Shown here: piece by piece, positions 18,951-28,342 of the stretch
Numbering within the stretch: position 1 is the first letter of the stretch
Layout: the number at the start of each line of letters is the position of its first letter
Assembly: GCA_029258885.1 (NCBI GenBank)
Contig: JAPDJW010000001.1
Location: forward strand, 215,466-279,465
Length of the DNA: 64,000 bases
From: Thermoproteota archaeon
GTDB lineage: Archaea; Thermoproteota; Thermoprotei; Thermofilales; B9-G17
Direction: 5' to 3'
The notes under the pieces: model-generated
Seen by the model: the letters and a program-made list of their open reading frames with translations, nothing else
Told to the model about the DNA's origin: nothing
Databases searched by the model: none
Program-made: the position numbers and the translations under genes

Positions 18951-20060
18951 GTGAGTGATATCATGAAAAGCCTTAGGAAGAAGCCCATACTGCTACTAAT
19001 ACTAGGAATCCTAGTGCTACTGCTGTTTATTGCCGTGATGGGAGTTGATTTAGCAAAACTCCTTGATTTATTCTATTCGTCGGATAAGAGGTTCTTCGCG
19101 CTTGCATACGTCTTTGATATAGGCTTCATGTTCTTCTATGCGCTTGCGTGGTATTATCTAGTAAAAATCATTGAAGATAAGATAACATATAGGGATGCTG
19201 TCATAGCTACGCTCATGGGCTGGTTCAGCGACATGCTTGTACCAGCAGCATTCATAGCTGGAGAGGTTGTTAGGCTATACTACCTCAAAAGGAAGTATAA
19301 TGTGGAGATAAGCAAAGCCATGGCAACAGTACTTATACATAGAGTATTAAGCGCGTTCGCGTTCGTCTTCTTCATACTACTGGGGCTTATCTATATCATA
19401 ATAGGTCGAAGATCCCTTTCCACAGATGTTATCATACAGGCTCTTCTTTTCGCTTTCCTAACAGGCATAGTTACGTTTATCGGCCTAACAATAATAGTTA
19501 GAGTTGAGCTTTTTGAGAAATGGAGTATAAAAATATTCGATAAACTATGTAAATACCTGAAGAGGCTGAGGCTTGAGAGGTATCGTAAATACGTTGAAGA
19601 GTGGATCGTATCGTTTAAGAGGTCTGTACTTCTAATAAGGGCGAAGAAATTAAACATAGTAATCGGCTTCATCTTCCTAATAATACAGTGGACATGCGGC
19701 ATTCTTATACCCTACTCCTTCTTCCTTGCTGTGAAATCCCCTGTAAGCTTCTGGATACTAGCATTAGCATATCCAATGTATGGAGTAATAGATAATATTC
19801 CATTAGCTATTCCCGGCAACGCCGGGCTTCTGGATGTGGCTATGATATCAACCTTCATTTTATTGGGCGTAAGCAGGGAGACCGCCATAGCTGTAACGTT
19901 ATTAGTGAGAATGGTTATCGTACTCTTTGAAGCCTTATTTACCGGAACAGTAACAATGATATATGCTCCAGAGATATTCGAAGGATTCAACTTAAAGGAA
20001 TTTAGGGAGAAGATATTCTACCTCAAGAGGATGATTGAGGAAACTGAGCCTCCTCAATAG
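18951..20060 (+). CDS. UPF0104 / lysylphosphatidylglycerol-synthase TM-domain (flippase-like) membrane protein
   Basis: Multi-TM; P.A..AGEVVR.YYL, IPGNAGLLD motifs. Confidence 0.82.
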   Translation: MSDIMKSLRKKPILLLILGILVLLLFIAVMGVDLAKLLDLFYSSDKRFFALAYVFDIGFMFFYALAWYYLVKIIEDKITYRDAVIATLMGWFSDMLVPAAFIAGEVVRLYYLKRKYNVEISKAMATVLIHRVLSAFAFVFFILLGLIYIIIGRRSLSTDVIIQALLFAFLTGIVTFIGLTIIVRVELFEKWSIKIFDKLCKYLKRLRLERYRKYVEEWIVSFKRSVLLIRAKKLNIVIGFIFLIIQWTCGILIPYSFFLAVKSPVSFWILALAYPMYGVIDNIPLAIPGNAGLLDVAMISTFILLGVSRETAIAVTLLVRMVIVLFEALFTGTVTMIYAPEIFEGFNLKEFREKIFYLKRMIEETEPPQ

Positions 20061-20209
20061 CTTCTATCACTTCGTTAAAAGTATTCTTCTTACAGTATGG
20101 GCAGTAGAGAAATATTTTCTTAAATTCGAACAAATTGTAACCTAAATCTATTTCACGGATTTTGCCGCAACTAGTACATTTTATCCTCCAAATGGCCAAT
20201 CTCCTACAC

Positions 20210-21094
20210 CTACTTTTTCAATATTTCCTTAAAGTACATAACTATTTCTCTTGCAATGTTCTTCCGAGTAACCCTACTCAGTTCGTCAAAGTCTGCGCTA
20301 GCATTAACTTCAAGAAGGAAATATCTGCCCCCGCTCTCTATTACATCTACTCCGGCATAGTCGAGGTTCAAGGCTCTAGTAATCTTAAGAGCCAGATTAA
20401 TAACCTCGGGATCTGGATCATATTTAACTCCAGTTCCGCCTTGAGCTATATTCGCCTTCCAACCGCCGGAGGGAGCCAATCTATACATTGAAGCTATAAC
20501 TCTATCGCCTATAACGAATATCCTCATATCTCTTAATGGGTTAACTAGATACTTCTGAACCATAAGAGGTAAGTTATACTCCAGAAGTGCTCTCATGGCT
20601 TGAAATGCAGTATCCTTATCGCTAAACCGTGATAGACCAAAGCCTCTAGATCCTACAATAGGCTTTAGAGTAATTTCCCCCATTTTATCGATATAATTGT
20701 ATGCAAACATTATATCCTCAGTTAGCATGGTATTAGGAACATTAATACCCAGCTTCTTAGCTATGAAAAGAGTATAAAACTTATTTCTAGCATTTAAAAG
20801 GGAATTAACAGGATTCATTATCCTAACGCCTAAATTCTCGAGAACCTTAAGTATTGTAACCCTCGAAATATAGGTTTCATTGTTAACCGAGAAGCCTAAG
20901 CCCCTGAGAAGTATTCCGTCAATATCTAGTTCCTTTGACCCTACGTAAAGCCCAGTTTTCTCTCCTATTTCAACTGAAATATACTTTATAGGGATATAGT
21001 GCGCTTTAAGCCCTATTTTTCTTGCTTCCCTTAACAAGGCTCTACAGGATTTAGGGGGTATTCTTGCCTCATGTACAATAGCTATTTCTACCAC
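20210..21094 (-). CDS. RimK/LysX-family ATP-grasp ligase
   Basis: NARNKF, KPIVGSRGFG, VQKYL, DMRIFVIG, WKANIAQGG, YAGVDVI, LLEVNAS. Confidence 0.92.
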   Translation of the reverse strand: MVEIAIVHEARIPPKSCRALLREARKIGLKAHYIPIKYISVEIGEKTGLYVGSKELDIDGILLRGLGFSVNNETYISRVTILKVLENLGVRIMNPVNSLLNARNKFYTLFIAKKLGINVPNTMLTEDIMFAYNYIDKMGEITLKPIVGSRGFGLSRFSDKDTAFQAMRALLEYNLPLMVQKYLVNPLRDMRIFVIGDRVIASMYRLAPSGGWKANIAQGGTGVKYDPDPEVINLALKITRALNLDYAGVDVIESGGRYFLLEVNASADFDELSRVTRKNIAREIVMYFKEILKK

Positions 21095-21197
21095 AGCAAC
21101 ACCTCTAACGTGAAAATATGGTATGCCAAAATTAAAACTTTATATATTTACAAAAGTATAATTTAAATTCGAGCGTTGCATAAACGGAGGAACCAAA

Positions 21198-21572
21198 ATG
21201 CTATCTCGTGATTCGAGTGAGAAAATAAGGATTCTTCTCGATGATTTTGTTGATGGAGATATAATATATGGAGCAGTGGTGTTTAATTCTCTTGGTGTCC
21301 CGATTATATGGAAATTAAAGCCGACAATAGCGCTTACAACGGTCCAAAACCTAATGCCTCTACTGGAGGCTGCAATGAAGGCAAACAAACTTTCAGATCC
21401 AAGCCTAGGGCCATTCTTCTATTCCGTCTATAGGTTCAGAAACGTTAAGGTCTCATTTGCCAACATCGATGGATCGGGGTATCTGATAATAATTGTCAAT
21501 CCCGAGTGGCACGTTGAGCTCCTACTTCCCAAAATCAGGAAGCTTCTAATGAACCTGAGGAGGCTTCTCTAG
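21198..21572 (+). CDS. Roadblock/LC7 (MglB-like) domain protein
   Basis: 124 aa; helix, then IYGAVVFNSLGVPII, helix, three beta strands, C-terminal helix. Confidence 0.65.
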   Translation: MLSRDSSEKIRILLDDFVDGDIIYGAVVFNSLGVPIIWKLKPTIALTTVQNLMPLLEAAMKANKLSDPSLGPFFYSVYRFRNVKVSFANIDGSGYLIIIVNPEWHVELLLPKIRKLLMNLRRLL

Positions 21573-21622
21573 CACATTTTTATATTCCCTATTCTCTTAA
21601 TTATATGTCTAGAGGTGGTTAA

Positions 21623-22384
21623 GTGGAGAGAGTAAAGTCGGGCATACCGGGTCTGGATGAAATATTGTATGGAGGCATACCGAGAAGAAACGTAGTGCTA
21701 TTATCAGGAGGACCGGGTACTGGTAAGACTATATTTGGCCAGCAATACGTATACTATGGCCTAACTAAAGGAGAACCAGGAATTATAGTTGCGCTGGAGG
21801 AGCATCCTGTACAGATAAGAATAAACATGAAGCAGTTTGGATGGGATGTTAGACCATACGAGGAAGAAGGCATCTTCGCTATAGTTGACGCCTTTACTGG
21901 AGGAATAGGGGAGGCGGCGAAGAGGGAGAAATATGTGGTTAGGGCTATAGACGACATGCCTTCCTTCATCGATGTAGTTAGAGCGGCAATAAGGGATCTT
22001 AAAGCTAGGAGAGTAGTAGTCGACTCAGTAACGACGCTATACATGACTAAGCCTGCAGTAGCTAGGGCTGTAGTTATGACGCTTAAGAAAGTCCTTTCAG
22101 GCATGGGTTGTACTTCAATACTCATATCGCAGGTTAGTGTCACTGAGAGAGGGTTCGGAGGACCTGGAGTTGAGCATGCAGCAGATGGTATAATAAGGCT
22201 TGACTTAGACGAGGTTAACGGCGAGCTTATTAGGAGCTTAATTGTATGGAAGATGAGAGGTACAAAACATAGCATGCGGAGGCATCCATTCGATATAACC
22301 GATAAAGGAATAGTAATCTACCCGAGTAAGACGTTAAGCTATAGAGGTTTCAGGGGAGTAATTGAGGAGATAAAGGAAAAATAA
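21623..22384 (+). CDS. single-domain KaiC-family ATPase
   Basis: [51 protein letters not shown]. Confidence 0.93.
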   Translation: MERVKSGIPGLDEILYGGIPRRNVVLLSGGPGTGKTIFGQQYVYYGLTKGEPGIIVALEEHPVQIRINMKQFGWDVRPYEEEGIFAIVDAFTGGIGEAAKREKYVVRAIDDMPSFIDVVRAAIRDLKARRVVVDSVTTLYMTKPAVARAVVMTLKKVLSGMGCTSILISQVSVTERGFGGPGVEHAADGIIRLDLDEVNGELIRSLIVWKMRGTKHSMRRHPFDITDKGIVIYPSKTLSYRGFRGVIEEIKEK

Positions 22385-22421
22385 TATAAAGGGATAGAAA
22401 TGTAAACCTTGGTGATAACAT

Positions 22422-22889
22422 ATGTCTGAAATTCCTCTTAAGCCTATGTCGAGGGCTGATATACATAGACTTGAGACAGCGTTGATGATAGCAACTCTTC
22501 TAAGACCTGATGTTCTAGAGAAAATAAAGTCGGCGGAGGAGCGATTGACGTGGATAGATTCCCTAGCAGTAGCTGCCGGAGCCCTTGCACGGGAGAAATT
22601 CGGTATGCCGGTATCGAAAATAGCTGATGAATTGGGAAGAAGTGAGGCTACTATTAGGAGGCACCTGACGGGGAAAAGCGAAGCTGGTAAACTTATAATG
22701 GAAACATACAGGAAGTTTGCTGTGGATGGCGTAAAAATAGAGCTTCCTACAGGATTTGCTGAACCCAGCGAAATATCTAGGTTAAAGGAGGAACTTAATG
22801 CCACTAAGCGCGAGCTAGAAGAACTCAAGAAAAGAGTTGAGAATACTAAATCTCTACTTCATCAAGCTCTCGACTTGTTGTCTAAATGA
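22422..22889 (+). CDS. KaiC-associated HTH regulator with C-terminal coiled coil
   Basis: LTWIDSLAVAAGALARE...IADELGRSEATIRRHLTG..EAG; the family is typically next to archaeal kaiC. Confidence 0.85.
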   Translation: MSEIPLKPMSRADIHRLETALMIATLLRPDVLEKIKSAEERLTWIDSLAVAAGALAREKFGMPVSKIADELGRSEATIRRHLTGKSEAGKLIMETYRKFAVDGVKIELPTGFAEPSEISRLKEELNATKRELEELKKRVENTKSLLHQALDLLSK

Positions 22890-23761
22890 TATATAGGTTT
22901 AGACCTAAAAACTACCCTATTTTTACGTTAACAACTGTAGAGGAGATACTCCAAAAACATACTAAGGGTGGAAGCTGTACTGTAACACTTGATATGGGCA
23001 GAACGTCTTCAAAAATATTTTTCATTAATGACCTTATTTGCACGAATGCATTTAAAATTCCAATATGTAAACTCAAGGATATTAAGTGGAGGGAAGGCGA
23101 TATATATTGTTATAATGGAGAGTGCTTCCTTAAGATAGCTTTCTTCGGAGATGGTAAATACTATAGACTTAGAGAAGTAAGGTTCAATACTGCGCCAACG
23201 CTCGAAATAAGCGGAATACACATGCATAGAATTAAAAATATCACGCCTTGGGAGGATTCATTAATGAAGATTAAGCTAGCTAAAATACGTAGAGGACATA
23301 AAGTCCTGGATATATGCACTGGCCTAGGATACACAGCTATACTAGCGATGTTGAGGGGCGCAATCAGTGTAACCACGATAGAACGAGACATAAATGTCCT
23401 GAAAATAGCTGAGTATAATCCATGGTCAAGGGAGTTGGCTGATGAAAGGATAAAAATCGTGGTCTCCAGAGCCGAAGAATACCTACCTAAACTACCCTCA
23501 AATCACTTTGATAGAATTGTACATGACCCTCCACGAATGGCCTTAGCTGGCGAGCTTTATAGTAAAAGGTTCTATACGGAAACATACAGGGTTCTTAAGC
23601 CCGGAGGGATAATGGTACACTATACCGGTCAGCCAGGATATCTATCGGGTAAAAACATAATTGCAGGCGTATGTAGAAGGCTTAAAGAGGTAGGATTTAA
23701 AGTAAAGATAGTTAAAGAACTACCTGGAGTGGTCTGTTATAAGCCTAATATTAATACGTAG
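22886..23761 (+). CDS. archaeal SAM-dependent methyltransferase (COG2521-like)
   Basis: PTLEISGIHMHR, VLDICTGLGYTA, HDPPR..LAGELYS. Confidence 0.88.
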   Translation: MIYRFRPKNYPIFTLTTVEEILQKHTKGGSCTVTLDMGRTSSKIFFINDLICTNAFKIPICKLKDIKWREGDIYCYNGECFLKIAFFGDGKYYRLREVRFNTAPTLEISGIHMHRIKNITPWEDSLMKIKLAKIRRGHKVLDICTGLGYTAILAMLRGAISVTTIERDINVLKIAEYNPWSRELADERIKIVVSRAEEYLPKLPSNHFDRIVHDPPRMALAGELYSKRFYTETYRVLKPGGIMVHYTGQPGYLSGKNIIAGVCRRLKEVGFKVKIVKELPGVVCYKPNINT

Positions 23762-24295
23762 ATTAGTGATAACGACGTCACCTCCCCTAAGGTATAGGTT
23801 CCTCAACGACAGACCGTATGCTTTTCTCCGGAAGAATAAGGCGTCGCGCCACGCTCTGCCTTTGAGATCACTAGTAAAACTGCCACGTATTACATGTGAC
23901 CCCTTATACTCCATTATAATACACAAGTTATCTTTTCTACATGATATCGAGTTATTCTTCCTTTCTAAATCTTCGCATATAATTGTGGGGCATAGAACAT
24001 CAATAAGCTCTATATCCCTCAAAGCCTTTACGTAGCACTGAAAGAATATACAGTCTTTGCTAAATGTGAATGAGTGTACTATTGAAAACTCGGCATATAG
24101 CCCCCTAAATATGCAGAAGTTCTTGGCTGGTTCTATTCTATACGGAAATAATACGTCATCGAAGAATTCGAAGGGTAGAAACGTGATTAAGCAATTTGCT
24201 GAGGCTGAATGAATTAGAAGATTTGTGCCGTCAATTACTTCAATGCCTACCTCTCCTCCACCTGTAAAACACTTGTGAATACATCGTTTAAACAT
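23720..24295 (-). CDS. hypothetical Cys-rich protein
   Basis: 191-aa ORF filling the gap; overlaps the 3' end of the convergent methyltransferase by 42 nt; no motif. Confidence 0.5.
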   Translation of the reverse strand: MFKRCIHKCFTGGGEVGIEVIDGTNLLIHSASANCLITFLPFEFFDDVLFPYRIEPAKNFCIFRGLYAEFSIVHSFTFSKDCIFFQCYVKALRDIELIDVLCPTIICEDLERKNNSISCRKDNLCIIMEYKGSHVIRGSFTSDLKGRAWRDALFFRRKAYGLSLRNLYLRGGDVVITNLRINIRLITDHSR

Positions 24296-24400
24296 TACTA
24301 TCCCAGTAATAAGGGGAGGTCTACAGTAATAAAGCGTCCCCTTAGTGGACAGATAATTTAAAGTATAAATAACTTCCTAAATAGCTTATATACTGGGCTG

Positions 24401-25087
24401 GTGATAATAGTGGTTAAACCCGATCTTCAAACACCATTTATAGTTAGAGTATTCGGGGATAAAGTTAAGGAGTGGAAAAAGGTAGGTGGTGCTACTCAAC
24501 TAATATTTCATAACTCAAAGTTCAGCGAAATGTACGTCCTACGGGTTCCAATACCCTTATCATTCGACGTAAAGCATGTCTTCATAGCAATCACACCCGT
24601 AATTTCAAGGGAAAAAATGAACCAGGAGATGAAGGAGGCATATAAGCTTCTAAAAGGAACCGAGGCAACCCTAAAGTATAGGGGTTTATTTTCACGTACG
24701 CCATTCTTCGACCACCTACCTAAGCTGAGTCAGCTGAAAGCATACATACCTGAGCTGGAAATCAGTAATCTAGTAACTGCTAGGTTAAACAGCGACACAG
24801 AGCTGTTAAAACTGATAAAAGACGTGAAGCCCGGCAAGATAAACATTGAATTAAAATCCATACCCGAATATATGGTCTTCGGAGGGCAGGCAGGGGATGC
24901 TAGAATGCAGGCCGAGGTTTATTATTACTCCGACCCCACAGAAATTACTTGGATAACTACCCTTGAGACTATGATCATAAGAGGACCTAAAGTAAGGAAG
25001 AGTTCTGGCAAAATACTGGAGATATTGAATAGAATAAGCCAACACCTAATAGATGCATCCTCGAGCATAATCTCTAAGGCGAAGTAG
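24401..25087 (+). CDS. hypothetical protein
   Basis: 228-aa ORF, TATA-like TTTAAAGTATAAA upstream, 1-nt gap to next gene. Confidence 0.75.
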   Translation: MIIVVKPDLQTPFIVRVFGDKVKEWKKVGGATQLIFHNSKFSEMYVLRVPIPLSFDVKHVFIAITPVISREKMNQEMKEAYKLLKGTEATLKYRGLFSRTPFFDHLPKLSQLKAYIPELEISNLVTARLNSDTELLKLIKDVKPGKINIELKSIPEYMVFGGQAGDARMQAEVYYYSDPTEITWITTLETMIIRGPKVRKSSGKILEILNRISQHLIDASSSIISKAK

Positions 25088-25088
25088 A

Positions 25089-26222
25089 GTGAATATCCTA
25101 ACGGATAAAGGCGGTGTAGCCTGTATATTCATACTTATCCTAATTATGGCTAACGGTAGCCTTATAGTAAGCCTAACAAGGGTAAAGTATAGCCTTACAA
25201 TTTCATTCCTAATAGAAAACGTGGGAGACAGTACGATCACATATAACATTGGATGCCTTGGCCCCAAGGTATACTTAATCCCGACAATAGAGGGATGGCA
25301 GGAGCTGGCGGATATCATCGTGTTGGTGAATGGACATAGGGAGGAGTATGTAATTTCGTCAGATGGCGATGGTAATACTCTAGTTAAACTGCGGAATAAT
25401 ATGCTCATAAGGCGTGGGGAATCAGTTAATATCACCGTAATCCAGGAAATCTGGGTATACTGGTCACTCATGGGGCTAGGATTTATAAGGAAGAGGGCGG
25501 TTCTACCGCAATCACTAAGCTTTAGCATCAGCGAAATACCGTTAAATATGTCTAAGTATGCCTATTTAAACGAGAAGTGGTCCTGGTGGCTTAAGGGAGA
25601 AAATAAGGAGTTCTTTGAGGAGAAGCTACACGAGATTCTTTCTCGAGCAAATACTAAGGATTTAGCCGAAGTCATTAGGAGAATTTCGCTGTGGGTTAAC
25701 ACATACGTGGAGGACGAACAGACGAGTGATAACGTTAAAACACCTATTGAAACGCTACATAAGATGAAGGGCACGTGTATGGATCAAGCCTTCCTAATAT
25801 CTGCTGCACTAAGATACTATCGGATACCAGCGGTTATAGCCTATAGCATAGTTTACAGAGAGGGCACCTATAAAATAAATCTTAGTAACTATGAAGAGGA
25901 GTATGTAAACGTCTATCCTCATGCGTTTGTCATGTGCTGGGCGCCTACCGTAGGCTGGTTTCCAATAGATACGGCATATAATGCTCAAGATCCCATAGGG
26001 GGTGCAGCCATAAACGTATTTGATAATGTAATAATTTTAGCTAAAATGGTTGAAAGCAATCCGGTGGAGTTCTTATCATACCCGCTGCCCAGCGACAATG
26101 TAAACCTTAAAGTTAAAATTATGCTAGTGAAAACCTCGAATCCCCTTATAACACTAGCATTAATCTGCCTAGCACTAATAGCGCTAACTTTCTTCTTATT
26201 AAAAATAGCTAGGAGGCATTAG
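25089..26222 (+). CDS. membrane-anchored transglutaminase-like protein
   Basis: GTCMDQA (Cys), YPHAF (His), WFPID (Asp) triad; N-terminal signal anchor and C-terminal TM. Confidence 0.85.
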   Translation: MNILTDKGGVACIFILILIMANGSLIVSLTRVKYSLTISFLIENVGDSTITYNIGCLGPKVYLIPTIEGWQELADIIVLVNGHREEYVISSDGDGNTLVKLRNNMLIRRGESVNITVIQEIWVYWSLMGLGFIRKRAVLPQSLSFSISEIPLNMSKYAYLNEKWSWWLKGENKEFFEEKLHEILSRANTKDLAEVIRRISLWVNTYVEDEQTSDNVKTPIETLHKMKGTCMDQAFLISAALRYYRIPAVIAYSIVYREGTYKINLSNYEEEYVNVYPHAFVMCWAPTVGWFPIDTAYNAQDPIGGAAINVFDNVIILAKMVESNPVEFLSYPLPSDNVNLKVKIMLVKTSNPLITLALICLALIALTFFLLKIARRH

Positions 26223-26822
26223 CTACTTAAGCTTTCTACCACAATGAGGACAGAATATGTGAATGTCTCCTAATGGAAGGTCACCGCCGCAATAGGGGCA
26301 ACGTTTCTTTGTAGCTATAGTAGCTTTCTCCGGAAGTTTAGCTATAGCAGACGTACTAACCGTTGTAGCTGGTAACTGACGAACCTGAGGTATTTGTCTA
26401 GTTGAAAGCGCTGGAGGAGCTGCCGTTTCAGTTGGAGCAACCCTAGCTGGAGCGAGTTCAGTTGGAGGAAGAGCTACACGAGAAGCCTCTAAAAATTTCG
26501 TAATTCTTCTATAAGTCTTCTTGACTATATAGTCTGATGAGAACGTTATCAGAAGCACTACCGACGCTAAGAGAGCTCCTTCAGTTATAAGTATAAACAT
26601 AGTTAACCCACAAACTATATCACTCATAGTTGTCGTACTAGCAGTTTCGTTCGCTAGCATTAGACTGGATATGCTGTTCCCTCGCATGCTCGGAATAAAC
26701 ATAGCAACAATAATACCAACAACAAAGACTACTATTGATAGAATCAACCCAGGCACTAATGTAATAACCCTTTTTTCTACAACCTTTTTCCTTTTCTTCG
26801 CCCTACTTTTCTTTTTAGGCAT
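26223..26822 (-). CDS. 2-TM membrane protein with Pro/Thr/Ala linker and C-terminal Zn ribbon
   Basis: CPYCGG...FCPHCGRKL; ATG 26822 with AGGTGA RBS. Confidence 0.8.
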   Translation of the reverse strand: MPKKKSRAKKRKKVVEKRVITLVPGLILSIVVFVVGIIVAMFIPSMRGNSISSLMLANETASTTTMSDIVCGLTMFILITEGALLASVVLLITFSSDYIVKKTYRRITKFLEASRVALPPTELAPARVAPTETAAPPALSTRQIPQVRQLPATTVSTSAIAKLPEKATIATKKRCPYCGGDLPLGDIHIFCPHCGRKLK

Positions 26823-26842
26823 GATATCACCTTTACAGTCCC

Positions 26843-26890
26843 TCAAGGAGGAATTTCAATCATTTAATCATAGCTTGGGCCCGACATCAT
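26843..26890 (-). ncRNA. C/D box guide sRNA; D' guide complementary to tRNA-Pro(UGG) anticodon loop
   Basis: C ATGATGT 26890-84, guide CGGGCCCAAGCT, D' ATGA, C' ATGATTG, 10-nt guide, D TTGA. Confidence 0.75.
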
Positions 26891-26959
26891 CGGGGGCTTA
26901 TACGATTATATTTACACCACATAGAAATATTTATCTTTTGTAAATACTTACTCCTCTAC

Positions 26960-27802
26960 GTGAAGCCCGATATAGTTCTGATTTCCTCGATTAAAGATCC
27001 AGCCAGCATTAACATACGGGATTTACTGATAAAAAAGTACAATCCAGAAAGGCTAACTGATAGGAAGATCAACGGCTTTACCGTTTATCACTTTAGAACA
27101 TACAATAAGCTTATAGAGATAATAACTATATCCAGCGATCTCATATATGCTGAAGAGCTTAACAAAAGAGTGAAGGGAAAATTGTTCATATTTTTAAGCC
27201 GCCATAAATCGGAGGAGGCACTGCCTACGCTTACCGCTCACGTGCCCGGAAACTGGCTAAATACTGCTCCATATGGAGGAAGACCAAAGGATGTGTGTAT
27301 AGCGCCAGCTAAAATGCTCAGTGTTTTCATAAAGGCATTATACAGAGAAAGGAGCAAGCTTAAACTAGATGACTGGAAATGCTCGCTTGAAGCAACGCAC
27401 CATGGCCCATACATCGAGGAGGTTCCGACAATGTTTGTTGAAATAGGTAGTAGTATAAAGGAGTGGACGAATAAAACGGCCGCAGAAGCCATAGTCAATG
27501 CGTTAGACTGCGTTTTTAAGGCCGATATGGGGGATGTGGCTGCAATAGGAATAGGAGGTCCTCATTATGCGCCGAAGATCACAAAGTTTGTCCTAGAGGA
27601 AAACATACCGGTTGGCCATATAATTCCCAAGTATGTTACTAGCCATATAGGCGACTATGAGCTAAACATGGCTATCGAAAAAACCTTTGAAGATGTTAAG
27701 TACGCAGTAATAGACTGGAAAGGTATACGGGGGACTGACAGAAGGAGAATAATAGATATCCTCAAGGAAAGATATAGTTACATAGACATAGTGAGGATTT
27801 AG
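26960..27802 (+). CDS. dtdA: D-aminoacyl-tRNA deacylase (archaeal DTD2)
   Basis: FLSRHKS, LTAHVPGN, EATHHGP, FVEIGS, GGPHYAP. Confidence 0.92.
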   Translation: MKPDIVLISSIKDPASINIRDLLIKKYNPERLTDRKINGFTVYHFRTYNKLIEIITISSDLIYAEELNKRVKGKLFIFLSRHKSEEALPTLTAHVPGNWLNTAPYGGRPKDVCIAPAKMLSVFIKALYRERSKLKLDDWKCSLEATHHGPYIEEVPTMFVEIGSSIKEWTNKTAAEAIVNALDCVFKADMGDVAAIGIGGPHYAPKITKFVLEENIPVGHIIPKYVTSHIGDYELNMAIEKTFEDVKYAVIDWKGIRGTDRRRIIDILKERYSYIDIVRI

Positions 27803-28098
27803 AAGCCAGAGAGAATAGCCTTAGCTCTCTCTATGAAGTCGCTCGACTCCATATTCAGCGTTGATATAGACTCCAGCCTGAATTCATTATCCACGTTATT
27901 TCCATATATTTTATCGAGTGCTGATCTGGCAGAGTCATTTATCTCAGCTATACGGGAGCGTATATATACAAAATCTTCTTCTAACTCGAGGACCAGTCGC
28001 TTAATCTCTAATAGCTCACTTTTATATTCGCTTGGAATACTATCGCTATAAAGCAGTCTATTTATCCTACTAATAATTTTCCTGAACTTTAAGTACAT
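27799..28098 (-). CDS. hypothetical helical protein
   Basis: 99-aa coiled-coil-like ORF with upstream TATA-like ATATTTAAG. Confidence 0.55.
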   Translation of the reverse strand: MYLKFRKIISRINRLLYSDSIPSEYKSELLEIKRLVLELEEDFVYIRSRIAEINDSARSALDKIYGNNVDNEFRLESISTLNMESSDFIERAKAILSGF

Positions 28099-28342
28099 GC
28101 TCTAACCCGAAAACCATCTAGAGAGAGGCTTAAATATTACTTCATGATCCTGCTAAAAAATATCATTTAGATAATATTGCACTATATGCATCCTTTTGTA
28201 ATTATATGTAGCTGGTATAAGCAGTGTATCACCTACATGCAATTATTAGAACCCATTTTATAGCAGCGTAGCATTAACATGTTATCTTATTGGCCGCCGC
28301 GTGCAGACGAATGTATAACTGCTTCACGGAGTTTTAACTATA

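Noticed and set aside
20162-20491. 109-aa plus-strand ORF
   Set aside because: Antisense to the RimK-like gene, no motif
23766-24035. 89-aa plus-strand ORF
   Set aside because: Shorter antisense alternative to 23720..24295; no RBS or motif
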